From a virus, in the IMG/VR virus record IMGVR_UViG_3300024358_000010: 64,000 nucleotides of DNA; one strand, given 5' to 3'. The position numbers and the translations under genes are program-made. Each line of letters starts with the position of its first letter. The first letter of the stretch is position 1. This document shows, one piece after another, positions 29,701 through 38,066 of this stretch. The notes below the pieces were generated by a model that did not search any database, was not told the DNA's origin, and was given only the letters and a program-made list of their open reading frames with translations.

Positions 29701-30757
29701 CGCCATCGTAATCAAAAACGTTGTAATAAAAGTAATCTTTTGCTGTTCGACCGTAAGACGTATAGCTAGCAGAATATATTACTGCTACAGAGTTTGAATT
29801 TACAGACATCTTGACGTCGATTATGTTATAAAAATACACAGAAAGCGACGTCATGAAGGAATTGGAATCAAGAGACCAAACGCCAGCTGATAACTTATAA
29901 ACAACGAGCGGTTTGTTTAAGTTTGAACCATAATCCACGCTGGCCGCGACAGAGTATTCCGTGTCGTCTTTTCCAGCTGCACCGATTGCGAGTCGCTGGC
30001 CGTTTCCTGCCATAGATACAGAACTACCAAAGTAAGTTCCTGCATCGCACTCATCTGCTGTGATTTTCTTAACAAGCGAATTAGTGCTTAAATTATATAT
30101 ATAAACTGCACCAGTTCTTGTGGCGGATGGGTTGTCTTCGCCAACAGAACCAATTGCCAAAGTAGAACCGTCATTTGAAAGCGAAACATCGTATCCAAAA
30201 TAATCTTCCAAACCTTGGTTTGGGTTTGATATCGTGTTGGAGAGGGCCCAAGTGCTGCCAGATCTAGAATAAACAAGAACAGAGCCAGAATTGTCAACGC
30301 TCTGCGACTGATTGTTTGTGATAGTTGCGCCAGGAAAACCGACAGCCAACACGTTTCCGCTGTCGGAAAAAGATAAGGACTCGCCAAATCCGCGAATCGA
30401 ACTGGTGAACGTGGCTTGAAGCGTTAGGCTTCCGGTTGTGGCACTCGTCATGTTGAGGGCGTAAATTTTGATAGAATCTTGCGTTGCGCCCTCAAATTTT
30501 GCAGCCACTGTTGAGCCGTCTGGCGACATGGCAACCAAAACATCACCATCGGCTGCGGAGTTATCGCCAAGAACCGTGGCCACAAGTGAACTCTGCGTAG
30601 CGCTATCGCTTTCTCTAACGTATACGCGCATTCCGCTAAAAGATCCCAACACAAAACGTCTTCCGTCTGTCGAAACAGAAATCGATGTCGGTTGAGCGTT
30701 GGTTAGTAAAGAATCATTTAAAACGAGAGATGACGTTAAAGTATTAAACGAGGGCAT
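23714..30757 (-). CDS. giant virion surface protein: FG-GAP beta-propeller + 16 fibronectin type III repeats + C-terminal domain
   Basis: FG.S.S.S..G..LAIG repeats at the N-terminus; 16 W..A.D...Y...YYFNVIA.D.AGNK repeats; likely start ATG 30757 (AAGGA RBS), 2347 aa. Confidence 0.85.
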   Translation of the reverse strand: MPSFNTLTSSLVLNDSLLTNAQPTSISVSTDGRRFVLGSFSGMRVYVRESDSATQSSLVATVLGDNSAADGDVLVAMSPDGSTVAAKFEGATQDSIKIYALNMTSATTGSLTLQATFTSSIRGFGESLSFSDSGNVLAVGFPGATITNNQSQSVDNSGSVLVYSRSGSTWALSNTISNPNQGLEDYFGYDVSLSNDGSTLAIGSVGEDNPSATRTGAVYIYNLSTNSLVKKITADECDAGTYFGSSVSMAGNGQRLAIGAAGKDDTEYSVAASVDYGSNLNKPLVVYKLSAGVWSLDSNSFMTSLSVYFYNIIDVKMSVNSNSVAVIYSASYTSYGRTAKDYFYYNVFDYDGAQWTGSDTVLDGANYSLGYSSKPARVFLPNFTASSAGAVSLIQVSGLSDLISPTISDSSIVAKDQTYSSITLRWSAAVDDISSASSMRYDIRYSSSNNMSTLALAEANGTLSQTVTGVSSSVIEATVSDLALNSTYYFTIIGRDLANNKVKYDTISSATLADLTPPIPVTDGAPISYTSTKTSVTLTWPLASDNVTQQPLIQYAVYSVPIFTAGYTGSVATTESMGTLLMPYTANIATYTDSSLLPGSLYGYNVIAKDASGNKVAYNPVGATTQADDIAPTVSNASLSFSEHSFTGYKITWNSASDDFSSRTSIYYLVYESSSNNISTVAAAESNGTAIAQFFGADTASQFFSVTGKSVNSTKYYNVIARDAAGNKLAYTSASVSTLADTTGPTYSSQPTATADYNSITVSYSAAQDDLTSSQNIQYALYRVPTSSTSIAYIEQYGILARDYIASTSDIVVPNLNSGTTYHFALIGKDEAGNKTLYSSFSKTTQQDAVPPVPGASGFITKSNVTSFGFTMSWSRATDDITNSLDLEYALYYSSDESNLGSLDAISAPGSSAAFEIPFTKDLVTANISLVASLTRYYTVVVRDSRGNKAKYQTVSSRNSSDISAPVPGNSGILTLTPNGYSAVTIQHGLALDNFSHFSQNQYKIVISPLNNISTVADAEANGIVVRDWATFTNGGFYDVIVPVPGQFYFFNVIVRDTEGNKAAYVSKAGRSQVDVTAPSVSNSNISLITNSISSPLSMSPTVKISWNAATDNQTSQGNIKYSVYIAPGSPSMSTVQEIESITNVRRWVVMGTDGTEFQFPDATAAMSTQYSVNIVAEDSLGNKTAYSKITFTTPGDIYPPILNNSTLLTLVNRTPNSIKVSWGQATDIHSPSTVQYDLYYSTSNNIGSVSNILANGILVISGTYSGLGIAATNGYTITGLTDGTPYYINVIARDGAGNRTAYTGLATSTLNENIPPVIAPLSLSTGSVTDTTISLTWGLATDNKTASNLLEYAVYRSTSQMSQTVASVEAGTKILDWTVNTGSYTATELNRNTRYFFGVVVRDQAGNKSVYAPVNALTLNDTSAPVVPGVGNIEITHVGYNYINLNATVAVDNVTPIQNVIYRVYRSSSNNISTVAQMISNGTYVGNAVVVPWINPYTYELIYNSTRYVQFRDSNLPGNTGFYYNIMAVDAAGNRSGYASVFAKTSSQWVAPVVGNSGKINVVVAGSGSLNLSWSPASDESQAASSLEYAVYYATRKTNAFLKNEFPAMNNADNIEVHVQQGLVTQASPYTQGMTSFTITNLLPATEYMVNVVVRDATAAHTTYNAARVWTFNDTSAPTPGVSGALTTSYVNESSFVLGWNKASDDYSAQNRLRYEVRVSTQNNINTVDTFKNGIIAMPFTSDVNTATVAGLMPNTTYYANVMVMDVAGNKAVYQTTTVATSADVSGPLLPSNSSLTFSQIEKQQLRVSWVKATDKSTPQDEIQYAVYMSQLLTAVASVNQMESASVLVQDYLADVSYAIITDLEPGTQYFFNVVAKDEFGNKTAYTAGAVYTAADVTPPVPGANGAILTTGITQTSVSLSWSPASDDVDVNSDFEYRLYRSLSNNITTVAQAKTNGTFCALFVNGETSYTVTGLNPSSTYYFNLIVEDRSMNEAAYAPTYATTIIDTTVPSPGNSGILSASMVTADSCVLNWTKGSDNITSEGSLQYAVYMSYSNDMEDLPTTLSNGTQVKSFTKDISVVTIANLSPLTTYYFNVVLRDSFGNMSAYNAVSMTTLADTTGPTPGGGGAIIFNSVDKDSMIVTWNPAEDNTSTGSQIQYQLRMAMSNLGVAPDFSTVADTEANGTIVKAYSSATHALISNLVSNTTYYFNVIAKDAAGNKSVYVAAAQKTANSLVEIPTQSVEINQPVVIASNKDEIKTLPAVASHPTLSKPSNWKKVHMIYKSITSSKRVVVVITDFSQMSGEFITRDTEEFVIHKIIVEDENNNFVAVPASSILNSQSWSISVT

Positions 30758-30812
30758 ATAAAGATTCCTTTTCAGGAAGTAAGAGTTTAATTTAGATGCA
30801 AACCTAGGAAGG

Positions 30813-30836
30813 GGACCGGCCAATTAAGGCCGGTCC
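30813..30836 (-). terminator. hairpin, probable terminator or attenuator
   Basis: GGACCGGCC-aattaa-GGCCGGTCC; a second hairpin GCGGATG...CATCCGC lies at ~30852-30875. Confidence 0.55.
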
Positions 30837-30890
30837 ATCGCTTAAACTGGCGCGGATGCTCTCTCACACATCCGCTAAAATAACTTTAAA

Positions 30891-33812
30891 TTAGCCTTGG
30901 TAACGATACATTACGCGAACAATGTCACCAATCATTAACTCTTCGTCGCCGTTCTGAGCAAGACTTCCAGCGAAGGTGATTCTGGTTACACCGCCAACCA
31001 CGGACAAGGTGTAATCGTCGCCAGCATGAGCAACTAGACGATCAACAGTGACCATGATAGACTTTTCGATTGCCATGTGGGCCAGATTAATGTAGCCATT
31101 AGATACGTCAGCGCTTGCGAGCACAAACTTCTCTTTTTCATGGACAACGGCGTTAATCGTGTCGATCTGATCTTGAAGAGCATTGTCAGCGGTTGTGCGC
31201 TCGGAAGCTTCATTGGCAACTTCGCTGTCGGTGTAATCTTTGGCGTCTTTGAGAGCTTTAGCAACCGAACCAGCAACGCTGTCTGCGCCCTCAAGGATAT
31301 CCAAACGAGCGTCAAGGGCGTTATCAGCAGATTCGCGAGCGGATACTTCTGCATCCAAGTTGTCTTGGAGAAGATCGTCGGCAGCGGCGCGCGTAGATGC
31401 TTCAGAGTTAATCGCGGCAATGCGAGCAGACTCTTCGGCATCGATGTTGCTTTGCAGTACACCTTCGGCAGCAAGAGCACGAGTTTCTTCAGCAGAAACT
31501 TCGGAATCAGTATAATCTTTAGCGTCTTTAAGAGCTTTAGCAACAGAACCAGCAACGCTGTCTGCACCTTCAAGCACGTCGAGACGGGCATCAAGGGCGT
31601 TATCAGCAGCTAGTCTAGTAGCAGCTTCAGTGTTAAGATCGGTTTGAAGCGCAGTGTCACCGGCGATGCGGGCAGCTTCTTCAGCAGAAACTTCGGAATC
31701 AGTATAATCTTTAGCGTCTTTAAGAGCTTTAGCAACCGAACCAACAACGCTATCTGCACCTTCGAGGACATCGAGACGGGCATCAAGAGCGGAGTCAGCG
31801 GATTCACGAGCAGACTGCTCGGCGTCAATGTTACCTTGGAGCACACCTTCGGCAGCCATAGCGCGAGATTCTTCGGCGTCAATGTTACCTTGGAGCACAC
31901 CTTCGGCAGCCATAGCGCGAGATTCTTCGGCAGAAACTTCAGCATCGGTGTAATCTTTAGCATCCTTAAGAGCTTTAGCAACCGAACCAACAACGCTATC
32001 TGCACCTTCGATGATGTCCAAGCGAGCATCAAGGGCATCATCTGCAGCAATACGAGCAGCTTCTTCAGCAGAAAGATCGGCCCCACTGGAGGATTCGAGG
32101 GCATCGATGGCAGCGTTGATAGAAGCCAGTTCTCCAGAAATCGTAGCAGCATAGTTGGCGTCATCGCCAAGAGCGGCAGCGAGTTCGTTCAAGGTGTCTA
32201 GCGCGCCAGGAGCCATGTCGATGATTTCAGCTACGCGGGTGTCCGTGTAGTCTTTAGCATCTTTCAAAGCCTTAGCGACAGAGCCAGCGGTGTTTTGATC
32301 GCCTTCGAGCACGTCCAAGCGAGCGTCAAGGGCGTCATCGCCAGCGATGCGGGCAGCTTCTTCAGCAGAAACTTCAGCATCGGTGTAATCTTTAGCATCC
32401 TTAAGAGCTTTAGCAACCGAACCGGCTACACTGTCGGCGCCTTCAAGGATATCGAGACGAGCGTCAAGAGCAGAGTCAGCAGCTTCACGAGCAGACTGCT
32501 CAGCAGAAACAGCGGCTTGACGTGCAGATTCTTCAGCAGAAACAGCGGCAGCGCGGTCAAGGATCTCTTGATCGAGGTCGCCACGCAGGTCAAGGGTGTA
32601 GCCGTCAAGCTGGTCAATTTGACTTTGCAGGACTGCTTCGCGGGCGTCGGTGTAATCTTTGGCGTCTTTTTCAGCTTTAGCAACCGAACCCTCTACGGTG
32701 TCAGCACCTTCAAGGACGTCGAGGCGAGCGTCCATCGCATCATCAGCAGCGATACGAGCAGATTCTTCAGCAGAGACTGCGGCGATACGAGCAGATTCTT
32801 CAGCAGAGACCTCGCTATCAGTATAGTCTTTAGCGTCCTTAAGAGCCTTAGCGACGGAACCAGCAACGGTGTCAGCTCCCTCGAGGACATCGAGACGAGC
32901 ATCCATTGCGTCGTCTGCAGATTGGCGGGCAGCAGCTTCGTCAGCAACTTCAGCGTCAGTGTAGGCTTTGGCGTCGAATAGAGCCTTAGCAACTGAGCCT
33001 TCGACCGCAACGCCACCTTCGATGATGTCAAGACGAGCATCCATTGCGTCGTCTGCAGATTGGCGGGCAGCAGCTTCGTTAGAAACTGCAGTCTCGCGAG
33101 CGTTTTGCTCAGCAAGAACTTCGGCATCAGTGTAATCTTTAGCATCTTTCAAAGCTTTAGCAACAGAACCTTCAACACTATCAGCGCCTTCGAGAATATC
33201 GAGGCGGGCATCAAGGGCCTCATCGGCTGCCATTCTTGCAGCTTCTTCAGCGGCAAGATCGCCAGAGCTAGCGTTCTCGAGATTGGTGATGCTAGATTCG
33301 ATGCTAGCAAGCTGGTTAGCGATCGTGGTTGCGAAATTTTCATCACCGCCAAGAGCGTCGCTTAATTCCTTAAGGGTATCAAGTACGCCAGGAGCGCCAT
33401 TGATAAGGTCGGCGATCTTTTGGTCGGCGTAGTCTTGAGCGTCTTTTTGAGCTTTAGCGATAGAGCCAACGACGGTGTTTCCGCCTTCGATGACGTCTAG
33501 ACGAGCGTCCATGGCGGAGTCAGCAGACTCCATTGAGCTTTGAAGACTAGAAATAGCAGAAGCGCGCGCTGAGGCTTCGGCAGAAATTTCAGCATCAACG
33601 TAGTTTTTACGAACGAGGTCGTTAGCGCCTTGAGGGTCGACGGACAGCTTTGGAGTGATACTAAATTGCCACTCGTTACTGCTGTTAAAGTAGAAAAGAT
33701 CACGGTCAGCACCGGTTGTATCAACGGCGCGAACTGCTTGACCATTAAGCAGTTGCAGTTTGGATCCGTCGATTGCATTATTCTCAATAAACTTCTTTTT
33801 AATCTGAGACAT
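30891..33812 (-). CDS. long coiled-coil fibre protein with repeated neck motifs
   Basis: About 11 copies of DARLD.LEGADSV.GSVAKA.KDAKDYTD; two P2-gpH-like PG.LDTL.EL..ALG.D.N.A motifs; C-terminal DYTL...IGDIV.V.Y domain. Confidence 0.82.
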   Translation of the reverse strand: MSQIKKKFIENNAIDGSKLQLLNGQAVRAVDTTGADRDLFYFNSSNEWQFSITPKLSVDPQGANDLVRKNYVDAEISAEASARASAISSLQSSMESADSAMDARLDVIEGGNTVVGSIAKAQKDAQDYADQKIADLINGAPGVLDTLKELSDALGGDENFATTIANQLASIESSITNLENASSGDLAAEEAARMAADEALDARLDILEGADSVEGSVAKALKDAKDYTDAEVLAEQNARETAVSNEAAARQSADDAMDARLDIIEGGVAVEGSVAKALFDAKAYTDAEVADEAAARQSADDAMDARLDVLEGADTVAGSVAKALKDAKDYTDSEVSAEESARIAAVSAEESARIAADDAMDARLDVLEGADTVEGSVAKAEKDAKDYTDAREAVLQSQIDQLDGYTLDLRGDLDQEILDRAAAVSAEESARQAAVSAEQSAREAADSALDARLDILEGADSVAGSVAKALKDAKDYTDAEVSAEEAARIAGDDALDARLDVLEGDQNTAGSVAKALKDAKDYTDTRVAEIIDMAPGALDTLNELAAALGDDANYAATISGELASINAAIDALESSSGADLSAEEAARIAADDALDARLDIIEGADSVVGSVAKALKDAKDYTDAEVSAEESRAMAAEGVLQGNIDAEESRAMAAEGVLQGNIDAEQSARESADSALDARLDVLEGADSVVGSVAKALKDAKDYTDSEVSAEEAARIAGDTALQTDLNTEAATRLAADNALDARLDVLEGADSVAGSVAKALKDAKDYTDSEVSAEETRALAAEGVLQSNIDAEESARIAAINSEASTRAAADDLLQDNLDAEVSARESADNALDARLDILEGADSVAGSVAKALKDAKDYTDSEVANEASERTTADNALQDQIDTINAVVHEKEKFVLASADVSNGYINLAHMAIEKSIMVTVDRLVAHAGDDYTLSVVGGVTRITFAGSLAQNGDEELMIGDIVRVMYRYQG
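31819..31931. repeat. exact 54-bp tandem duplication within the fibre gene
   Basis: 31819-31877 equals 31873-31931; encodes EESRAMAAEGVLQGNIDA twice. Confidence 0.85.
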
Positions 33813-33838
33813 GCTAGATTCTCCTAGTTGTTAGTGCA

Positions 33839-34249
33839 CTAGGAATATTCTATCACGAGAATGTCTCCGATCTCTAGAAGTCCGTCTAAGCCCATGTTTC
33901 CCCACATAATTATGTTAGGAGACACGACCGTAAAATCTGTAGCATATATCTGCGCTGGGCCACCTTCTGGAAAAATCTTAGTCCTTGAAGGGTTTTGTAC
34001 TATTTTTGAAAGTATCAAAGTTTTAGTAAGCAGATTAACGCCGGTTATGACAACCGTCTCGGTGTACGAGGCGTCGTTGAGTTTTACTATACCGCCAGAC
34101 TTGGCAACATTAATAGAATTATTGGCTAAATTTAGCCAAAGTTGACCCTCAGATGGCGTAGCGGGATCCGCCGTGCGGATCTGCAGGCCTTTTTCTTGAA
34201 TTGTTTCTTCTTGTCTAGCGATGTGAACTTTTTTAGGCATTTCCGTCAC
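33839..34249 (-). CDS. fibre-associated virion protein
   Basis: DPATPSEGQLWLN motif; C-terminal DFTV...LEIGDILVIEY resembles the end of the 973-aa fibre. Confidence 0.65.
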   Translation of the reverse strand: MTEMPKKVHIARQEETIQEKGLQIRTADPATPSEGQLWLNLANNSINVAKSGGIVKLNDASYTETVVITGVNLLTKTLILSKIVQNPSRTKIFPEGGPAQIYATDFTVVSPNIIMWGNMGLDGLLEIGDILVIEYS

Positions 34250-34970
34250 CTGACGTTATAACTGGCGCGTCTGTGTTAAAGTAGCGCCACACCTGACCAT
34301 CGAAATAGGCTGGCTTTTGAACCTCGCCATCCTTAACGAATATCCACGGCGTCGTATTGTTTATACCAACAGGGGACAGGGGCAAACTTGCTATATCGTA
34401 CACGGGCATATAATTTAAAGCAAGATCATTTTGCTGAACAGTGCTAAATAACACTTGATCAGTTTGATTTACAATCTTGAACGAAGGGAACGGATTGGAA
34501 GCGGTGCCGGTGATGAATTCGCCATCATCAGAGACGCTTAAAGCAAATATGTAGCCAGAAGGGCTTTGAAGAAAAATAGTGGCGATGTCAACGCCGTTGG
34601 TATCTGGCGGATTCACCATAATAACTTCGCCATCTTCATCGATCTCAATAGCTGCTATAGAACCATCTTTTCTTTTAAATCGCCAGTAAGTTACTACGCC
34701 GACTTCTTCATCGGAAAGCAACTCCGATACGATCTCGCCCTCGTCGGTTGCCGTGATTTTCCAGCGTCCAACTGGACTTGGAAGGACGACAGACGTTGGC
34801 GAAGCACCGATGCGCAAGACAATATCGCCGTCTTGGTTGAGGAGATTTGAAGCTTGAGTAAGAAACGCTAATTTGTTCAATGCTTCTTGCAGGTTTGTCG
34901 CGCCAAGACCGTTCAGTATTGATGAAAATGGTATTGATTCTGCTGTCGGGGTGAAGAACGTATTGAACAT
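34233..34970 (-). CDS. putative fibre/virion protein
   Basis: ATNLQEAL motif; three repeats of L.SP.G..(F/W).(L/I)...D.GE. Confidence 0.65.
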   Translation of the reverse strand: MFNTFFTPTAESIPFSSILNGLGATNLQEALNKLAFLTQASNLLNQDGDIVLRIGASPTSVVLPSPVGRWKITATDEGEIVSELLSDEEVGVVTYWRFKRKDGSIAAIEIDEDGEVIMVNPPDTNGVDIATIFLQSPSGYIFALSVSDDGEFITGTASNPFPSFKIVNQTDQVLFSTVQQNDLALNYMPVYDIASLPLSPVGINNTTPWIFVKDGEVQKPAYFDGQVWRYFNTDAPVITSGDGNA

Positions 34971-35719
34971 TATCCAACCTCCCAGACTCTAGCTTCTGCG
35001 GTTCCAGCGTTACTATGCATCAACCAAATCTTCATTGAAGCAGTGGCCGGGATGTACACCATCTGGTTGATAAAAATGGGTATCCCATTGGTCGCGTTTA
35101 CGGTGTCAGCGAACCCCATGTACAAATTTTTGTCGATAGGCATAATAAACACGCCTTTGCGGTTTGCCAGAGTAGTAGTGCCACCCTTAGCTTCTACGGG
35201 CGTCGGACCAACTATTACAGCCGCACCCTGCGCAGAACCTTGAAGCGAATCAGATACTCTAGCCTCACTGAACGACGTAAACGAAAGTTTATCGACTGCA
35301 ACAGCTAAACTTTTTGCCTCCCCTGGAGCATTTCTGACAAACTTCAACACATTGCCAGTGTCGTCTACAGCTATACTTCTGCGCGCCACGATTGGCGCTT
35401 CTTCGTAGGTGAAGCGCTCAATGTCCTGAGTGGCTATGGTTGGGCGCTGTTGCTCAGGTGCACTGATGGTAGATGAAATGTCATAAGTAGATAAATCGAT
35501 TCGCATATTTGGGTTAGACCCCTGCGGACCTATCGCCATCTGAGTCTCAGAAAATATAGCCTTAATCTCGCCGGCAACCGACGGCTGGCTGGGATTTAGG
35601 ATAACTACGAGCTGACCTAGTTTAAACGAGACAGTTGATGCAATAGTAACCACGCCGTTAGATGTACCATTTGCGGTAAACAGCTGCGACGGGATTTCTT
35701 TGTAAAACTTCTCGAGCAT
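34970..35719 (-). CDS. putative virion structural protein
   Basis: Beta-rich composition in the structural block. Confidence 0.6.
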   Translation of the reverse strand: MLEKFYKEIPSQLFTANGTSNGVVTIASTVSFKLGQLVVILNPSQPSVAGEIKAIFSETQMAIGPQGSNPNMRIDLSTYDISSTISAPEQQRPTIATQDIERFTYEEAPIVARRSIAVDDTGNVLKFVRNAPGEAKSLAVAVDKLSFTSFSEARVSDSLQGSAQGAAVIVGPTPVEAKGGTTTLANRKGVFIMPIDKNLYMGFADTVNATNGIPIFINQMVYIPATASMKIWLMHSNAGTAEARVWEVG

Positions 35720-35723
35720 CCTA

Positions 35724-36764
35724 TCAATACCCTAAATCTTGTTCTTTTTCGTTAACCATAGAATTATCAGCAAGATTCTGCTGAATCTTACTATTATAAT
35801 CCAATAATACCTCAAACTCTGCGTCAGTAGGCTGCCTAACTGATACTTCTTTAAGAAGATTTTGAATGCCATCCGATTTAAACATACTAGTGTATTTCAT
35901 CTTCATGGCGCCAATCCGTTGATCTTCAGACGGTTCAGGTTTTTGAGCGTACTTTTGCTTTATGTCTTTAACTTGCTGGTCAAACGATTTTTCCTTAGGT
36001 TGTGAATACTTAGCTTTAATGGCTACGATCTTATCGTCAAGATCGGTCTTTGCTGCATATCTGGCCTTTATGGCATTAAGTTCGGCCTCTGACATCTCAG
36101 CCATTGATCTTACAGGATTTTTGGCAGATTTCTTTTTATCACTTTTGGCCTGAGATGTAGCTTGTTGTGCCGCCGTGCCATACTTTGAAGACGTGTATTG
36201 GCGCACGGCTTTATTTTGACCGACGTCTTCTCGAACCTCGCCGGTACGGGTACTTTTGCGCTTTATGTTATCAGTTGGATTGTATAGATCCATGCCTTTT
36301 GGACCATAATTAGACTTCTCAATATCTTCTTTTCTAATATTCACCGGTCCGCGCTTTGGCGATATAGTCAAATCTTCCACCTGATCGTGGTGGACTTGCG
36401 TGCCGTCATGCAAGACATACGAGTTGTGCTGCTGAGGCCCCATATCTACTACGTCTTTTACGTCATGATAGCCCGGTTTGTTTTTAATCTTTATCTGCCA
36501 GCCTCTACCCGATGATTCTTCTTTTTTAACGGGTTGACAAGATCCCTTTTCATAAGGTTTCTTTCCAGGCGTCGGCTCGTATCCTTCCCAACAGCGATCG
36601 GCCTTGCCGACCATCTCTTTAAGTTCTTTTAGCTGGCGCTCAGCTTCTTTGATCTGCTCTTTCTTCGAACCACTTCTAAGAACGTCAACTAAGCGCTTAT
36701 GCTCTTCGATGAGTTCTGGTTTTGCCTTGTAGAGATTTTTAAGTTCTTCTTTCAGCATTTCCAT
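35724..36764 (-). CDS. putative internal head protein (modular, charged)
   Basis: CWEGY module; multiple [LIM]xK[SA] sites. Confidence 0.6.
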   Translation of the reverse strand: MEMLKEELKNLYKAKPELIEEHKRLVDVLRSGSKKEQIKEAERQLKELKEMVGKADRCWEGYEPTPGKKPYEKGSCQPVKKEESSGRGWQIKIKNKPGYHDVKDVVDMGPQQHNSYVLHDGTQVHHDQVEDLTISPKRGPVNIRKEDIEKSNYGPKGMDLYNPTDNIKRKSTRTGEVREDVGQNKAVRQYTSSKYGTAAQQATSQAKSDKKKSAKNPVRSMAEMSEAELNAIKARYAAKTDLDDKIVAIKAKYSQPKEKSFDQQVKDIKQKYAQKPEPSEDQRIGAMKMKYTSMFKSDGIQNLLKEVSVRQPTDAEFEVLLDYNSKIQQNLADNSMVNEKEQDLGY

Positions 36765-37744
36765 CTCCTTAACGCGAGCGCTTTTCTAGTGGGTTTTCCG
36801 TTCTTATCTTTCATAGGTCCTTTTACACCAGACATCCTAGCACAAAACGAACGGCGACGCTTTGCCCGCTTGCCCGTTGGCTTATCTTCAGTTACAGCTG
36901 TTTGCAACTTAGAGCCCGGATTTTTGCGACGATAAGCCTTCACACCAGCAGCAGTCATCCCGCCCTTTTTTGATTTATGCTTAGCCTTAAGACCTTTTTC
37001 TAGAACTTCGTCATATCCTTGAGACTGCAAATAAGCAACAACGGTTTTTTCAAGTATGTCAGAAACATCTTCACCAAAGATAACGTCGATAGATCCGTCA
37101 GAGTACAGTTGTGCGTCGATGTTTGCGTTTGATTTTGTTAAATCAGGTTCTTTAACATACGCGCCACCGCCTGATATGTGGACATCATACAATCTTTTGG
37201 CCTCGGCGCGCTGCGACGGGTTTTTTGAAAAATGAAGCTGATTTATGTATCCGGCCATAGTTGTGCGATCTTGGTGATTAGCCGGGATGACGGCCTTGTG
37301 ACGAGCCATAATATTTTTAATATGATCCGGGTGGTCAGAAAGATCTTCCTTGCCAAAATGTTTTTTAGTTTCTTGTATTGCTAATCTTTCTAACTCGGTT
37401 AATTTTTCAGGTTTAACTTTAACCTTAGGCCCCGCAAAGCGACTGAGCTCAGCTGCCACATCTTTAAGAGATCCAGCCATAGGGCGTGGACCGGTAGGTG
37501 TAGTATCTGGATTAAGGCGTTTCTTTGAGTTCTCATCTTTTTTAAGAGACTCTTGGCTCTGCGATTTTAAGCAATCATCGCACAACCACTGTCTTGGACT
37601 TAATTCTTTTTGTTTGTTAGTGTTTCTGTCAAAAACAACGTTGCGAATAGGTGTAGCGGTAAGTTTAGATATTTTCTTCTTACAGCCCGGCCCAGAGCAT
37701 TCAACCACGCTAGATTTAACTGCACCTTTGCGCAACGAATTCAT
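36752..37744 (-). CDS. putative internal head protein with DUF6321-like C-terminal module
   Basis: GGMTAAGVKAYRRKNPGSKLQTAVT...RRRSFCARM...ALRRWKC; start ATG 37744. Confidence 0.65.
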   Translation of the reverse strand: MNSLRKGAVKSSVVECSGPGCKKKISKLTATPIRNVVFDRNTNKQKELSPRQWLCDDCLKSQSQESLKKDENSKKRLNPDTTPTGPRPMAGSLKDVAAELSRFAGPKVKVKPEKLTELERLAIQETKKHFGKEDLSDHPDHIKNIMARHKAVIPANHQDRTTMAGYINQLHFSKNPSQRAEAKRLYDVHISGGGAYVKEPDLTKSNANIDAQLYSDGSIDVIFGEDVSDILEKTVVAYLQSQGYDEVLEKGLKAKHKSKKGGMTAAGVKAYRRKNPGSKLQTAVTEDKPTGKRAKRRRSFCARMSGVKGPMKDKNGKPTRKALALRRWKC

Positions 37745-37745
37745 C

Positions 37746-38066
37746 TTATTTACCTTTCGCTTTTTTGCCCTGAATATAATGCGCAACGCCGGAAAGATTC
37801 TGCGCCGCCTCGGTGACCTGCGCCTTTAGCCAGTCAGGGGAGTCTTCGGAGGCTTTCATATGCTCCCTGATTTCTTGGACGTGGTGGACAATCTGTTCAA
37901 GATCAGAGAACATCATTTCTGACCCTTCTTCTTTGGCCATCTCGTTAACGCCTTCTCCACCTTTAATTGGGTTGGATGGCGATGGGACGATGGAAACATC
38001 TTCTTTAGACATTTCGTTTTTAACTAGCGACCATTGACCATTTTGGGATTTAATTAGCTTTTCCAT
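37746..38066 (-). CDS. small putative internal head protein
   Basis: LIKSQNGQWSLVK, EGVNEMAKE and DWLKAQVTEAA..L..VAHYI modules. Confidence 0.62.
   Translation of the reverse strand: MEKLIKSQNGQWSLVKNEMSKEDVSIVPSPSNPIKGGEGVNEMAKEEGSEMMFSDLEQIVHHVQEIREHMKASEDSPDWLKAQVTEAAQNLSGVAHYIQGKKAKGK

Noticed and set aside
23714-33812. CRISPR array or diversity-generating retroelement among the repeats
   Set aside because: The repeats are in-frame protein repeats with no constant repeat-spacer pattern; no reverse transcriptase or cas gene is in the window
31034-33827. Many overlapping ORFs in other frames of the fibre gene
   Set aside because: By-products of the repetitive, biased sequence of the 973-aa gene
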